DNA of 35,742 nucleotides from Catajapyx aquilonaris (taxonomy: Eukaryota): NCBI GenBank assembly GCA_000934665.2, contig JYFJ02004054.1:1-35742 (forward strand), read 5' to 3'. This document shows, piece by piece, positions 1 to 13,108 of the stretch (its first letter is position 1; the number at the start of each line of letters is the position of its first letter). Below the pieces are notes generated by a model. It made no database searches. It saw nothing but the letters and a program-made list of their open reading frames with translations, and was not told the DNA's origin. A program made the translations under genes and the position numbers.

Positions 1-234
1 GGGCAGTATGACTCACGTAGTATACAGTAACTGGATAAACCCTTTTTCTACTCACACTACTAACGACTCCGTTACAACATGGCCACTCTATACGACACAG
101 CTCGGCTGCGGGGTTTTTAGATGGGGAGGGACACCACCTGGATGTCCTGCCTCCTGTCTTCTGGCAGGACGACGACCACCTGGTTATCTGGCCGGCGAAT
201 GTTGAAGGTGATCACCTCCTGCGGGCATCTCACC

Positions 235-1148
235 TCATCCACTCGCGCCATCCCGTGGATGACAATGGGCGGCGTGGTAATGCGGGTCTGGATGGTCCCC
301 TGCCAGCGTAGATGATCCCACGGGACCGGGGACAAGCGAGATGTCGGCGGGGTCTGCCGGCGTTCCGGGGAGGAGGTCCACGCCTCTTTCTTTCTTTATT
401 TTAGACGGTGTCAGTAGGGCAAATCGTTCCCCAGTTTCTGGTCCCCGTGCTATCTCTTCCGCCTCCGACAGAGTTTTTGGTTTCTTCAGGGCTATCATCA
501 ATTTAGCTCGTTCTGATAAAAGCCCTTCCTTGAATTGTGCCAATATCTGTACATGAGCATTTCATTCGGCTCGGGGATCGCGCTAGCCTTTGCCAATTCC
601 CTTCGGACCTTTTGCAACCGCATACAAAAATGTGCTATACTTTCTCGTGGATCCTGTACCAAATACCGCAAATCTTGCATTAAGTCTGCTACTTCACGCT
701 GCACAGAAAACCTATCCTTCAGAGCTGTACTGAATACTGCCCAATCCGTAGCATTCCGTAACTCATCATTTACATTGACGTAATTGGCGGCTTCCCCTCG
801 CAGTTTAAGAAGTGAGCATTTAATTTTTTCAACATCACCCCAGTTACTTAAACTTCCCGCCTGATCAATAAATCCTAGAAATTCCGAAATTCCTACGTCT
901 CCGTCTCCAGTAAAAATCGGTACTGACATTAGCAGCACGGTTGAAATTCTCACAGCGTCGGTCATATTTGTCCGCGTTTGAGGGGATGTCCCTAACAATT
1001 CTCGTAATATAGCGTTTTGTTCGCGCAGCGCAGCTAATTCCAATTCTAATTGTTGATCCTCCTCTTCCTCTGATTCCTCCTCCAAAATATTCTTAATAAT
1101 CTTATCGCAACATGCTTTTAATTCCCCAAATTCATCCCCTTTCTCCAT
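235..1148 (-). pseudogene. Ty3/Gypsy-type Gag, frameshifted near 540
   Basis: ORF 498-1148 has a capsid-like motif (VPIFTGDG..SEFL..I...W...KIK..LLKLRGEAANY..W..F..AL..RF; L.Q...ESIAHFCMRL). It continues in another frame (235-543: QFKEGL...KPKTLSEAEEIAR) and lies just downstream of a PBS. Confidence 0.8.
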
Positions 1149-1217
1149 GCATTACTCCAGTTTTTTATACTCCTTAGTGCCCAGCGAGACGTATTGACCT
1201 TCAGAGGTCAGAGGTCA

Positions 1218-1235
1218 ATCCTGTTCACGACGCCA
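1218..1235 (-). promoter_or_regulatory. Primer-binding site of the LTR retrotransposon (TGGCGTCGTGAACAGGAT, probably tRNA-Ser-type)
   Basis: TGG-starting 18-mer ending GGAT, 3 nt after a ...TGTCA LTR-like end and ~70 nt upstream of the gag ATG. The tRNA identity is inferred. Confidence 0.7.
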
Positions 1236-1238
1236 GTC

Positions 1239-1785
1239 TGACATTGGGTCATGACCTATGACCCTTCACCCACAAATTCGTATTTCGTCTCGCGGGTTAC
1301 ACTTTGGGAGATAAGAACTGAGTTTCTGTTCCATCTTTATTTATCGTGCACAATGTATTTGTATATGACAGTAGCCACTCGGGCATCATCAACTCACAGT
1401 TAGAACCCTTTAACTCTGACCTGGGATATGCCGGTGGGCCACATCGCCTGGGCTGTCGGTTGAGACGGGCTGTTCTCCTGGTCCAGTCCTTCGGTGGGAA
1501 TGGCCTGGGGGTTGATTGGGTAGTCGAGTCTGGTCCCACCAGGCTCCTCCGTCCTGTCTCTCTGCCTCTCCTCTGGGGTGTGCTTTTTTTTTCTTAGTAG
1601 CGGGGTTTGCTTTTATAGTCTCTCCCTCATCTCGGGTCAGAGTTAGGATTCCCTTCTCCAATTACGCGGCTCATACTGGTGGCATGTCCAAATCTGGTCG
1701 CGCCTATTCGCGGATTCTGACTCTAGCGCGCTTCCTGGTTGACCTACATGTAGTTTTAGCTGGTTCCAAAAAACCCATGACTGTT
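1239..1785 (-). repeat. Probable 5' LTR of the Gypsy element (upstream boundary uncertain)
   Basis: Ends in CA next to the PBS. On the minus strand TATAAAA (1611-1617) precedes AATAAA (1336-1341) in U3-R-U5 order. Confidence 0.55.
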
Positions 1786-1789
1786 GTTG

Positions 1790-3410
1790 CACCGCGGAAA
1801 TAGCGGTTAGTGTTGGAACAGGCCGTAGACGACCATTTTCCAGCCCCACTCGATTGGGTCAAGTTCCACCCCTCCCCACTGCTGGACTTGGTGGTACACG
1901 CGCAGGGAGTGCTGGCGAGCAGCTGCGGAAGTAGGTGGAAGGACCGCAAGCTCGAGCTTGGCATTGACCGGCTGTTTGGCCACCATCCTGAGGTACTGTC
2001 GGTACCTCCAATTGTCCAGTGTCTCAAGAGATTATGCTGGCTATTTATGGAGGAAACTATGGAGACCATGGTTTCCTCCATAAATAGCCAGCATAATTTC
2101 TTCGCCAGCTTTCGCTATCTCGTCAGGTGTGGAAGCTTTGTTGAATACGTCCATGTGGGTTCTATAGCAGAATCATCCTTGAGTTTTTGAAATGATTTCT
2201 TTTTGCCTCTCCTGAAAGGAGCGGACACAGTGTCGCAACCCGTCACTGCGTGTACTACCAGCATGTAGTTGGCCATGTCACCCAAGCGGGACTGCAAGTC
2301 CTTGCTGCTGAAGACGCGTTGAGTGGCAGTCTTTGTGGCGCTCATAAGCATGTACACATCTTTTGTTGCAAGAGAACTCATCAGAACAAGGAGGTCAGTA
2401 TCCTCTCCTACGATAACAGATGGAACTTCACGAAGAGAGACCTCTATTGCTGTAGTCACAATGAGAGTGTCGGCATCTGCGAGAGCCTTATGAACTGTGC
2501 ATCCCGATTCCTGGAGCTTCTTAGCTAGTAGATTGATGAACCTTGCCTTGTTCGTTGGATTTGCGAGGAAACTTTGCTGAGCAAAAGTTTCATCGGTGAT
2601 GTCAGTAACAACAACGTCTGCCGATGACGTCTTGCAGCCAGATTCCCGCCGGAAGTGTTCTTCGTCCTTGGTGCTATGCCCGCCATACCCATCGAAGACA
2701 ACATGAGCACATCCGTAATGTGCTTTCACAAACGAAACATATTGCTGGCAAATCTGTCCATGTGTTGCTGGACGGAGCCACACAACACGGTGAAGAAGAT
2801 AGCCACCGTCCACTGTGAATATGGCACCAGTGGGTACTTCAGAAGTAGGTGGTGCAACACCTTCCAGGAGATGAACTAGCGCAGACTTCGTCCCTTTTCG
2901 GATGGAGACATCATCAAAAAGTGATGGTGGTCGTGAAGCCAACTCGTATTTAAGGTAATACGCAAGCTCCTCGTCACTTCTGACGACACTCGTGATGCGG
3001 TGAAATAGCTGATTGGGGTTCACTACGATGACGTTGTCATTGATCTTAACAGCTCTAGTCACTGTGGCCAATGACCGCACGGTGGTTTTGCGCTGAAGGT
3101 GCAGACCACTGAACACTTGTCCCTCGATACTCTTAATACATGCTAGTCCTACTGTTAAGGCCTGATCACAGTTAACAGAACTGTCAGCTTCGATACCAGA
3201 GGAGAGAGATGCCAGGACTTGAGAGGGATGCTGGAAAGGGCTGTGAAGTCGTATCCAATCCAGAAAGGTGTTGAAATCTGTTGCATCTCGATTCACTCTG
3301 GATTCTCTCAGCTCGATGTCCTGCTCCGAAGTGCTGGAGTAAACCCCGCTGAACTCTTCAACTGCGTCGATCACTCTGACTGTTGCTGGCATTGAGTTCA
3401 CCCATCGGGA
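1790..3410 (-). pseudogene. AcademX-like transposon protein, C-terminal XPG/PIN-like part, 5'-deleted and frameshifted
   Basis: ORF 2115-3401 has VDGGYLLH, VVFDGY, FLANPTNK, ADADTLIV, GEDTDLLVL, HAVTGCDTVS..RGKKK. A shifted frame gives LPPTSAAARQHSLRVYHQVQQW...DPIEWGW down to ~1800. Confidence 0.75.
2031..2097. repeat. Perfect 27-bp inverted repeat (13-nt spacer) inside the Academ coding remnant
   Basis: attatgctggctatttatggaggaaac (2031-2057) is the exact reverse complement of 2071-2097. Confidence 0.95.
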
Positions 3411-4161
3411 TATACAAAATTTCTATTGGTTTTTGACCCCTCTGTATACCGTCATATAAATAAAATAGCGAAATGTGAATGCATTTCTGTCTTGTGAATA
3501 CTCCCCCATTTGTTTGTTTGTTTGTTTGTTTGTTTGTTTGTTTGTTTGTTTTTTGAAGCGAAGGTACTTGTGAGTGAATGAGTGAAAAAAATGTCCAGGA
3601 TAGGCCAGGGAGGCAGCGTAGCGAGCGCGCGCGATGGCTCGGGTTGGGGCCTCCATAGCACCGAATGTATTATTCGGACAAGAAAAACCTAAGAGACGTT
3701 TCATACTTAGAAAGCTCTGCTCTGAAATATTTATTGGAAACTTTTCGTCATAAAACGCCTAAGTGTTGAGTAAAAGACCATTTAACGTAACACACACTGG
3801 AAAAAAAACACACCTCGTAGTACTTCATTGACTATTTGCAAAATAAAAGCAGCACATATGACTGTTACGAGGACATCACTTCGAAAGGGCGTTTCAATAG
3901 GAACTGGTTAAAGAAGGAATCATCGCTCTAGCTTCACTGGTTCGCCCGCTACAAGTGTGGAAAGGGTACCGTGTAATTTTCCAATATGGCCGTTACATAA
4001 TCCAAGATGGCGGCTAAACCCGCCTCCGGAATTTCGGGGAACTTTCGTTTTGGCTTCAGGAAGACCCAATAAACATACCCAATAAACATACCCAGTAAAG
4101 GAACCTTAGTTATTATGAATTTCCGGGTTAGGCCGAAATTTCTCCTAAATGCACCGTACTA
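3411..4161 (-). mobile_element. Probable Academ terminal/subterminal region
   Basis: Minus strand begins TAGTACGGTGCATTTAGG at 4161 (TAG terminus, as in Academ). It has aatatggccg/aagatggcgg subterminal motifs and directly adjoins the Academ-like ORF. The partner TIR is not seen. Confidence 0.5.
3508..3551. repeat. (TTTG)n microsatellite
   Basis: About 11 perfect tetranucleotide units. Confidence 0.97.
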
Positions 4162-4770
4162 TTAGAAATCACGTTCGAATTTTGAAATGGAACAGTTCCA
4201 AGGCCGGCATAGTGGGGCGTAGACGGTCCGGGGTTGGGTGCCGAGTGCTACTACTGCTGTTCGCGCACGGGGTCTCGGATCGCATTATTTTCATTACCAA
4301 AGGACCCTCCACGGCTCTCGAGTTCACGGTAGAAGAACAAGCCCGTCCCGCCACAAGATGGACATAGCAGCGGGGGGTACATCTTCCTGTCATGACCATG
4401 TTCAGCATGCATCATGACCAGTGTGTACAGTGGCCTACCGTGGTGTGTATTGTATAGCGCAGAGTGTGGGATTGTAGTGGAAATCAATAAACTTCTGGCA
4501 AATAATATTTGCTTTTCGTGATGGTTTTTTATTCACAGGTCTTCTACATCGTGTTTTGTCGTCATTTTTTACACCAACGAGAGTATACTAGTACCTATGA
4601 CTTATTTCCAACCTCTGGGGCTTTTATTGCCATATTTCCGGCACTGCCTCGATCTACCGTATTGTACAATACAGTATCGAGTTTGGCTGCCGACTCGCCA
4701 GGTGGCAGGTCAGTCGATTGGAGACACGGTTGCTATGCTACCAGCTGTTTTTTCCACTCTTCCTATAGGT

Positions 4771-7485
4771 CAGTGGTCCCCAACCTTTTTATCGCCCCGG
4801 ACCGGTCAACGTCTGATAATTTTACCGCGGCCCGCTGGGGGGGGGGGGGGNGTAATGGCAATCTCAGGGTATTCCGCCATGACTTTAATCCAGAACACCG
4901 GCAGAGTTGTTGTCTCGAACGTAGTCTTGAGGCCCCCGTCATTTGCAATCTCCAGCAGTTGATCTTCTTCTTGCACAGACATGCTAGATTCGCCTGGTTT
5001 GGTGACAAATGGGTCGCGGATCCATTCCTTACCAGTTCGTGGGTCTTTTGTGGTTGGGAAGTAGCGCTCGAACTCTTGTAAAAGCAAAGACAGGTGATCG
5101 TGCACCAACTGGGAAAATGAATGCTCAGGCACAGTCTCGCCTAAAATCCCCGCTAATGTCTGAAACATGTCCAAAATGCCTCTGTTCACGCGCCGTCCCC
5201 ACAGCTCCAGTTTGGCTTTAAATGCAGCTACTTTGTCTGCCAACTTGAAAACAGTTGTCATTTTCCCCTGAAGGGACAGATTTAGTTCATTGAGCAGGCT
5301 GAATATGTCGCACAGGTAAGCTAGTTTTGCGACCCATACCTTGTCACTGAAATGTGCTGCCAGTGGTGACTTCTTTTCTGAGAGAAATCTTTGCAATGGC
5401 TCTCGTAATTCAAATACTCTGGTTAGCGATTTCCCTCTGGACAGCCATCTTATTTCTGTGTGTAAGAGTAGGCATCTGTGCTCTGCGTCCATCTCCTCAC
5501 AAAGCTGCTCAAACAAGCGCGAGTTAAGGGCGTGTGCTTTGATGTAGTTAATAACTTTAATGACTTCATTCAATACAGTGTTAAATTCCGGTGACATTTT
5601 TCGGCTTGCCAGCATTTCCCTGTGAATGATACAATGCGTAGATTCACTCTCAGGTGCAACCTCCTTAATCCGAGCAGTTAAACCAGACAGTCGTCCGGTC
5701 ATGGCAGCAGCTCCGTCTGTGCATATGCCGACACAAAAGGACCATTTCAGTTGTCCTGATATGTAACCATCCAGTGACTTGAACAGTTCTGCTCCTGTGG
5801 TGTGGGTTGGCAAAGATAGTGCACATAACAAATCCTCATGCAAATCCTGCTGATAAAGATATCGCACATAAACCAATAGTAGTGCCCTGTTGTCGATATC
5901 TGTAGATTCGTCAACCTGGAGTGCGTACCACGGTGATGCGTTAATCCTCTCCAACAATTGCGTCTCAATGTCTTCGGCTATTTCCTCAATGCGCCTAGTC
6001 ACAGTGCTAGCCGACAAAGGCACATGTGCTATCTTTTCCACAGCAGCCTCTCCTAGAAGTTCACGGCAAATGTCTTTAGTGGAGGGCAAGATCAATTCTT
6101 CGCCGATAGTGAATGGCTTTTTAGCCTTAGCAATACGGTTAGCCACCAAATAAGATGCTCTCAGTGCATTATCATTTATTGATGTGGTGGCCCTCATAAA
6201 TTTCTTCTGTCCTTCGTGTTCCCGTTTTTTCCTTTCAAAATACTCCAGGGGCTTGTCTTTTAATCCAGGGTGCTTGGCGTTCAAGTGGCGAAGCAGTTTT
6301 GAAGGTTTCATTGCCTCATTAGACAGCTGGTCGCCGCAAACTATGCAGAGCGGGGTTGGTGTGTGGGAATCACCTGTCCCGATAAATCCATATTTCAAGT
6401 AGGACTCATTGTATTGTCTGTTAAAAGTTTTATGTTTCTTTGATGTTGAAGGCTCTTCTTCTGTTTCTTCACTGGGCCTTTTCTTTTTCCCAAGGAAACT
6501 ATCTAACGACGTCTGTTTCGTACTCATTTTTGCTAATCTGTGGATTAAATTCGAGCAAACACAATATTATACACGTACACCAAGCACTGTTAAACATGAG
6601 AAAGTACCGGTGAACAGAGAGAAGAGCGATACACACCTTCTCTCGACCAAAGCTACAACGCCCCTGCCGCTTGCAGTCGCTCAGCTCCAGACGTCACCTA
6701 AGCCTAAGGTCCTAAGCCGCGGCGACGTAGTCGTAGAGGAAAACCCAGGCAGTGGATTCGAAGGCGCCAGAAGAGGGGAGTTTACACAAACTTGCTAAGT
6801 GCTTAGTCTTAGTGAACTCCGACTCGAGGCCACTCTGGGCGCAGCCATCTTGGAATGTGCCTGGCGCTAGGGTGACGAGCAAGGTGTATAGAGGGCCGGT
6901 GGCTCCTCTCCAGGCTTGTTTGTGCAGCCCGTCACCAAGGCAAAAGCGGGTTCAAATTTTCTCCGCCTAGACCTAAGGTCGACGCAAGTGCGCTCTGGCT
7001 GAGGCCCAGGCGTTGATAAATATGTTCACTTCTCTACTTTCAGTCTATGGTTCTTGGCCTGGTCAAGCGTCTGTGGTCTCAAAGATTAGAAAATAGAAGA
7101 GAGCCTATTCACTTTTTTGGGGGGGGTGGGCGCCCTAATGTCGATTGTCGCGCGCTCTGTCGGCAGATTTCTAAGCTGATTTCCCCTTCGAGAGGGACCT
7201 CACGAATAAGCAGCTATTTCGGCCCAAGTGAAGGCACCGGAATAGCTGCACCGTGGTGACGAGATAGCGGTGATAGCCAATAGCGTAACTGCTGTAACAT
7301 GAATGCCCGACAACAGCGTTGAAAATACCCTGCCAAGGCCAGAAATACCGGACTACGGCCCCAGATTAGACGATAACGTCGATAAATGTAGAAAAAAAAT
7401 CATGAAATGGAACTAATTGGGCGGCCCGGTACCATTTGATCCACGGACCGGTACCGGTCCGCGGCCCGGGGGTTGGGGACCACTG
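4771..7485 (-). mobile_element. hAT transposon, Buster/Charlie group
   Basis: TIRs cagtggtccccaacc (4771-4785) and ggttggggaccactg (7471-7485). Subterminal palindrome ggaccggtaccggtcc near 7445-7460. Both flanks fit nnnTAnnn. Encloses a hAT transposase. Confidence 0.92.
4852..6527 (-). CDS. hAT (Buster/ZBED5-ZBED8-like) transposase, C-terminus lost at assembly gap
   Basis: BED finger (CIVC...RHLNAKH), QVDESTD, CTDGAAAM, HCIIH, RWLS. No stop until the N at 4851. The final catalytic E is not visible. Confidence 0.9.
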
Positions 7486-7559
7486 GTGTAGGCCACACCT
7501 GTGCAAGGAACAATGGAATATTACTGTGGATTCCTCTGCTATACCACATTATTTATAGG

Positions 7560-8218
7560 CTATTCATTGACTGCTCAAGTGACAACTTTACTTCTTGCAG
7601 GTGCCTCTTGTGGATACTTTCCAGGCCTTCGGTGACGGTTTCTTCTCTCGTCCGTCGTGTGTACTCGTGCAATCAGCTGGTTTACCGGAGGCAATATCAA
7701 TACGTGATGGGCCAGCAGTGGGCTCCTCGGCCTCGTCGTCCATTGCAGACAATGTAGAACTAACCGTGCTCTGCTGAAACGCTCGTTCATTACAATGAAG
7801 ATGCTTCATAATGGAGGTTTTCGATGGTCTGCTTGACGCTGCGCACCCCCCCCCCCCCTCCAACGAATGTGACTCAGACGGAGCTGTCAGAAACATCGTC
7901 AATGTCATTGTCATTCGTCGCACTTGCAATACTGATGCCCACCTCAACAGCAATCGATGGATCCTGGCGATCTGTTACATATGCTGTTTCGCAGTAAATG
8001 CAACCCAAGACCATGCTCTAAGTAACTCAGTTTTATTCGTCCTAGACACGTGCCTCTTGCCATGAAATCTGATGGTTGAAATGCAGCCTTATTGAATGGC
8101 CAGACTCCTGGCTTTGATAAACCAGACAGGATGTTTGACATTGAGAAAGAAGCAATAAAAGCAGATCCTGCAAGTTCGGCTACTTCATAAATAGTGATTG
8201 CCTTGCCAGGGTGAACAG
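7560..8218 (-). pseudogene. Degenerate pogo/Tigger-like (DDE_1) transposase C-terminal region
   Basis: Minus strand reads HPGKAITIYEVAELAGSAF...SNILSG..K.GVWPFNK..F.PSDF, later PSPKA plus a basic stretch. Many stops. Confidence 0.65.
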
Positions 8219-8828
8219 TCAGTCAAAATAATTAGTTTTAGTACTTATTTAAAAATTATTTATGGTCGAAAACGCGTACAAATGTCACATAGGTGATCAT
8301 GTAATGGCCCAATATTGATGTCCTTATTATAAGTCCCACGGCTGCCTAATTTACTGTGGGCTTCCTCTTCTGCAAGTAGCACACCGCACATTCACAATTT
8401 TGATCCCATCTGATTTGGACAGTTTTTGTGTTCCAGTCGATCCTTCCTTCTCCACCAGGCCTGGAAAAAAGGACACATTTGGTAAACTTGCTAATTCACT
8501 AACTGATATTAATGGGCCATCCAAACAGTAGTCAACATAATTTTAGACTCGTCATCCAAGAAAATTAAGACCGTAACATTCCACGAGGATCATGTACACA
8601 ATGGTGTACAGCATTGTTGTTTGGCACACAATGGGTTTAGGGAACAATATTTACGTAGACAAAGATTTAATTTACAATTTTCACTCCTATTCAAATTAAT
8701 ATTCTGAAAGGATCCTCCCATCCATGATGAAAAATTGTCATGTTGAACAATTAACTGCATCATGTGATGACTTGTTATGAGCTTCATGCTGCCTCAACAA
8801 AATTAAGTGCTCTCGTAACTACACCATC

Positions 8829-9814
8829 TCATTTCCTAAGCTTCGACCGCATTGGCCTGAATCGGCTCTTCCAAATCCCAAATGCTTTCTCCACCTTGCC
8901 TCTTGTGTACTTGTGGACGCGGTTGTACCTGATTTCCCCAGGTGTCCTTGGGGTCCTTAGTGGTGTCATCAGGTAAGGGGTACAGGCATAGCCACTGTCC
9001 CCCAACAGTAGGCCAGAGAGGAGTTTCCTCTCGAACTTCGCCTTCAATCGGGATTCATTAAAAATCCTGGAGTCATGTGCACTGCTCCGCCAACGTGCCA
9101 CGACATCCAGGATTATGTTATCAGCACCAGTTACTATCTGCAATTTACAAAAACTTATAGAACAGTACATTGGTGTTTTGTGAATGAACATGACCGTAAG
9201 GCACATCATTGCAAATCATTCTTGCTTGCTTATTAATTAGTAATTGCTACCTTGCTAGAAAAGGAATCATTTCATGCCACTATGCACGTTTATTAATATT
9301 GGTATATGAATACATGAAACTACCTTGGTCAATGGTCACAAATGATTTCCAATGTTTGTCTGTCCCATACGGCAATTTTTATCAAGTGGAGCAATACCAT
9401 TACAATTACGTAGGTTGTTAAAAAATTCATTTTACAGCCATCACGAATCAACAACTGTGCAGTTCACCTTTGTGAACCGATAGCGCCGCTTAAATTCCGA
9501 GCCCGTGTACTCGACGTACGGATCCACCCGCTCCCGGTACACTCGAAATCGGCGTCGCCGGTCCCGTATGTCTCGTACTGCTCGAGCTGCACGTATGTGG
9601 TCAATGATGTCCGCCATCTTCACATACCTAGTCCAGAGCAAACCTACCCCCTACCCTAGTCTAACTTTCCACAGGGAACTAGTCTCAGCCTAGCCCCAGA
9701 CTAAGGCCGGTTCAGTCCTAGGCCATGTCTCTGAATGAAAATTTGCTAGTCCAAACTTAGTCTGGGCTGGCCTAAAGTTAGGCCTGCGCTAGTCCGAGTT
9801 TCTGAATACGACCC
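8829..9814 (-). mobile_element. PIF/Harbinger transposon remnant with spliced HARBI1-like nuclease exons (9468-9617, ~8830-9137) and one terminus
   Basis: Exon 1 MADII...EFKRRYRFTK|gtgaac. A later exon after ttgcag has ARW.SSAHDSRIF, LLGDSGY, LMTP, YN..H..TR..VEKAFGIWKSRFR. Terminus GGGTCGTATTCAGAAAC at 9814 with ctagtc-rich subterminal repeats. Middle exons are absent. Confidence 0.85.
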
Positions 9815-9815
9815 A

Positions 9816-10003
9816 CAGTATATTGCTTCCAGCTCCTCAGCTGGAAGCCCTTGTCGATCCTTAGACCCTCTTCTTTCGTGTGCAAGATGTTTAAAATCAT
9901 TCTGATCATGCCAGCAGCCGATTTCCTCCCACTGACTGTGAGTTGGATGTTGACCTTTTGGGTCCTCGTCACATAAATGCGACTGCCCTCCACAAGCTCC
10001 ACC
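9816..10003 (-). pseudogene. Possible BEN-domain-like exon interrupted by the Harbinger end
   Basis: After a tttcag acceptor: IYVT..Q......A..MIRMILNILHTKEE, resembling the start of a BEN domain. Weak. Confidence 0.25.
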
Positions 10004-10299
10004 TGAAATGTTAATAATAATATTAATCAAGCTTACACAGCGGTAAAATTCTTGAATCCACAATATACACACAATATTGAGTGATTTGAGTCATTATTGT
10101 ACTGCCCAAACCCATAATTATTCGGCTACCCCCAAGAAATGGAGTGGTGGGGTTATAAAGAAGATGTGATAAAAATTACTATTAAGATTACCTGGACTTT
10201 ATAATGGCTAATTATGAATAGCAACAATTTATCTAGGAGGATACGTGACACTCGTCGCTGTTGTCCGAAGTTGGTGTTTCACATTCTTGGCTAGGTACA

Positions 10300-12094
10300 T
10301 CCAACAAGTGTAAAATTTCAGGTGTCAATTTCCCACGCTTTGTTTTTGGAGCCTTCCTCAAACTTGCCATTTTCGGATCTGTGGACCAAGTCTGTGTTGG
10401 TGTGTAAACGAGATGTCTTCCTCGTGAACAATTCCCGATATTTCCGAGTGTCTTTATTCCTGGCCTCTTGTGCTTCTTCCGATAGCTGGCCTATCGGAAG
10501 AATACAAGAGGCAATGACGTCCTTCCCGTGAAATAACACCTTGTGAACGCTCACTGGCATTGCATACCAGTGATATTCTTTCAAGTATAAATCGCGTGTT
10601 TCATTTGTGTATGTTGCAAGCCTATCCGCAGATATTGGAAAACCACAACCTAAACATTCCTAAATGACATGCAATCGCTTGATGAGCTCGACATTGATAC
10701 CAGTTATTTCTCCTACTTTTCCAGCATTTCTGAAGAACCGGCGCGGAGAGCCGTGTTGCCGTCATTGGTGTTGCCTGATTTTTGCTTTGGAATATCGACC
10801 AAAATACCAATTTCGTTTCTGAGCCTCTCTTGCACGTAGTGCTTTCTTTCAGCCACCTTTTCTTTCTTTTCGGGACCTCGAGCTTGCCATGTATTAATTT
10901 CTAGTCTATAGGATATATGCAGTATGCATTCCAAGAAACGTATCCAAGAATGCAAAGGAGACAGCTCGAATGCTAGCATGGCCGTATCCAAATTTTTTTG
11001 TGAAATTATTTCCGGCTTGTTCATGTCACGAGGAGTTTCACCGCACAAGTAACATTTTTGGGCTGATGGACACGAAGCTACGCCATTGCATACCTTTCCA
11101 TCTATCATGGAAAAGATCAGAGTAGCCTCTACAAGAACTTCTATGTCATTTACAACTACTTTAGTTGCAAACAGTGCATTGCATTGTTCCTCAACATGAT
11201 TTACCTCCTGCGTTTCTTTTGCGAAGATAAACTTAATGGGACGACAATACCTTGTAGAAGAAGGAGCAGAGTTTTGCCAAATTACCATTTTGTCATCCGC
11301 ACTTTTGAAATACATTTGTATGGGCACCATTGAAACACTAAATAAACTTTCATCTGTGTGGTGTTCTTCTGAAAATTTTTGCTGGTATCTATTTTGGTCT
11401 GCACCATCACACCCCCACTTGATTATTATGTGAAAAGTCCCTTCAGACAAAGGCAACGTTTTCGAAACGTCTTCCACTTCCCACAATCTTTGTACTGTGT
11501 AATCGACTAGTGACTGCAATTTTATTTCTGCCGAAGTTTCCGTGACGTTGATGTCAGTCGGGTAGCACGATTTCTTTGCTTCCTTCACCACGTAATATAC
11601 GGTAGAAAAAATTTGGGGGAGATGTCTTTAACCTGCTGCCTGATGGTATTGTACTGGTGAGTAGAGAGATTGGCGTCAACCAGAATTGCCAGAGCTTGGT
11701 TTCCAGTCATGGTGTTCGGTTTCCTAAGAAAGGATTCTCTGGCCCGTTTTATTGGGGTTCCTCGATTCGGAGAGGCTGTATAGAGTTCTTGGACAATTTC
11801 AGCAGAGTCCCTTTTTCCTGCCTGATGTAATCTTGATCCTGCTGCCATGAATAACTGCTTGTCATACGTTGACTGTGCCAAGTCCCGGGCCTTGCGTAAC
11901 TGTGTCTTGAAAGAGCAATCCTGAAATGGTTTTTCTGGTCTTCCAGCTGTTGCCCTTGGACCATCTTCTTTTGAAGTTAAGGAGTCTGTTGGGTCATCTG
12001 AAGTTGACCGCAGGCCAGGAAATTCGATGTCTGAAGCTAACCAATCTTTGTTCCGCGAAACAAATAATTATCTGGGGCGATTTGCCTTTGCCCA
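10300..12094 (-). pseudogene. Transib (RAG1-core-like) transposase, frameshifted
   Basis: KWGCDG, WQN..PSSTRYCRPI, MIDGKVCN, CYLCG, LSPLHSWIR..E..LH.SY, GNTNDGNTA, MPVSVHKVL.HG, GQLSEEAQEARNK, spread over ORFs 11585-11881, 10713-11591 and 10318-10584. N-terminal W..ANR...F..RN..WL is cut at 12094. Confidence 0.93.
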
Positions 12095-13108
12095 TGTGAC
12101 GCCAGGTTGAAGGACGGTTACTCGTATGAGACACAGAGGAGAGTACGGCCAGTACTACATTGAACCGGACCCGGAGAACAACTCAATGACCTTGGACGTG
12201 ATTGAGAGTTGCGGTGTCGTTGAGACTTGACAATGGTCCGCAAGCTCCCCCTGTGTGGTCGTAAAACCAGGGGCTGGTTTAGTGCTTTCTTATTAGGTCT
12301 ACGGTGACGCTGCTTAGGACCGATCTTGAGGGGTCAACATCTATGATTACAGGTTGACTGTACGGAATTACCGGTATCAAAGGATCGTATATCCGGTTGT
12401 TTGGTTCTTCCATTGGAAGAGGTGAAAGTAATCCTGGGAATGCTTGGATTAGCTCACCATGCAGCTCTCTCCAATTGGACTTCTCTACCGCTCGTGGCAA
12501 TAAGGGTAAATAGTAGGGTGACAGTTGGGATCCCTCTCTGGTGCTGGAGTCCGAACCTACTTCAGTGTTGCTGGCGCGAGTTGTGAGTAACTTGGTAGTA
12601 GTGACCTCACAGCCATGCGGTGTGGACGATGCTTGACCCTCTTCTTCTACTGGTTTTGGAAAGGGTTGAAGACTTGACAAAGGGCTCAGCAGAGGCGGAG
12701 GAATGAATGGACGGTACTGTCTGACGGCCAATCTGACAGCCATCTGACCAGCCATTGACGTACTGACTGGATTTGTAGTACAAAAATAACAGGACCTTTT
12801 CTATTTACAATTCGATATGGCCCATCCCATACCTTGTGGAACTTGCGACTGAGACCCTTTTTATAGTGTGGCTGATGAATCTGTACAAGATCGCCATGTC
12901 TCAAATGTCTTGGACGGAAACCACGATCATGGGATTTATTTTGACGTAAGAAAGCCTTGTGGAGCCTGTCCTGAACTAACTGGTAGAGTGGTAGGAATCT
13001 TGGGAGGGTTTTAACCAGGTTTTCGGTATAGTTACTATTAGGTGATTGGGAACGTTTTAGGATGTCATGGAAAGGGAAAACCATGTCCCTCAATATCGGG
13101 GTCAACAT
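12095..13108 (-). mobile_element. 3' fragment of a Gypsy LTR retrotransposon (integrase GPY/F tail, probable 3' LTR end)
   Basis: ORF 12686-13108: Q...HD......GDLV.......KGLSRKF...WDGPYRIV. The minus strand ends ...GTCACA at 12095, exactly where Transib coding sequence resumes. Confidence 0.75.
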
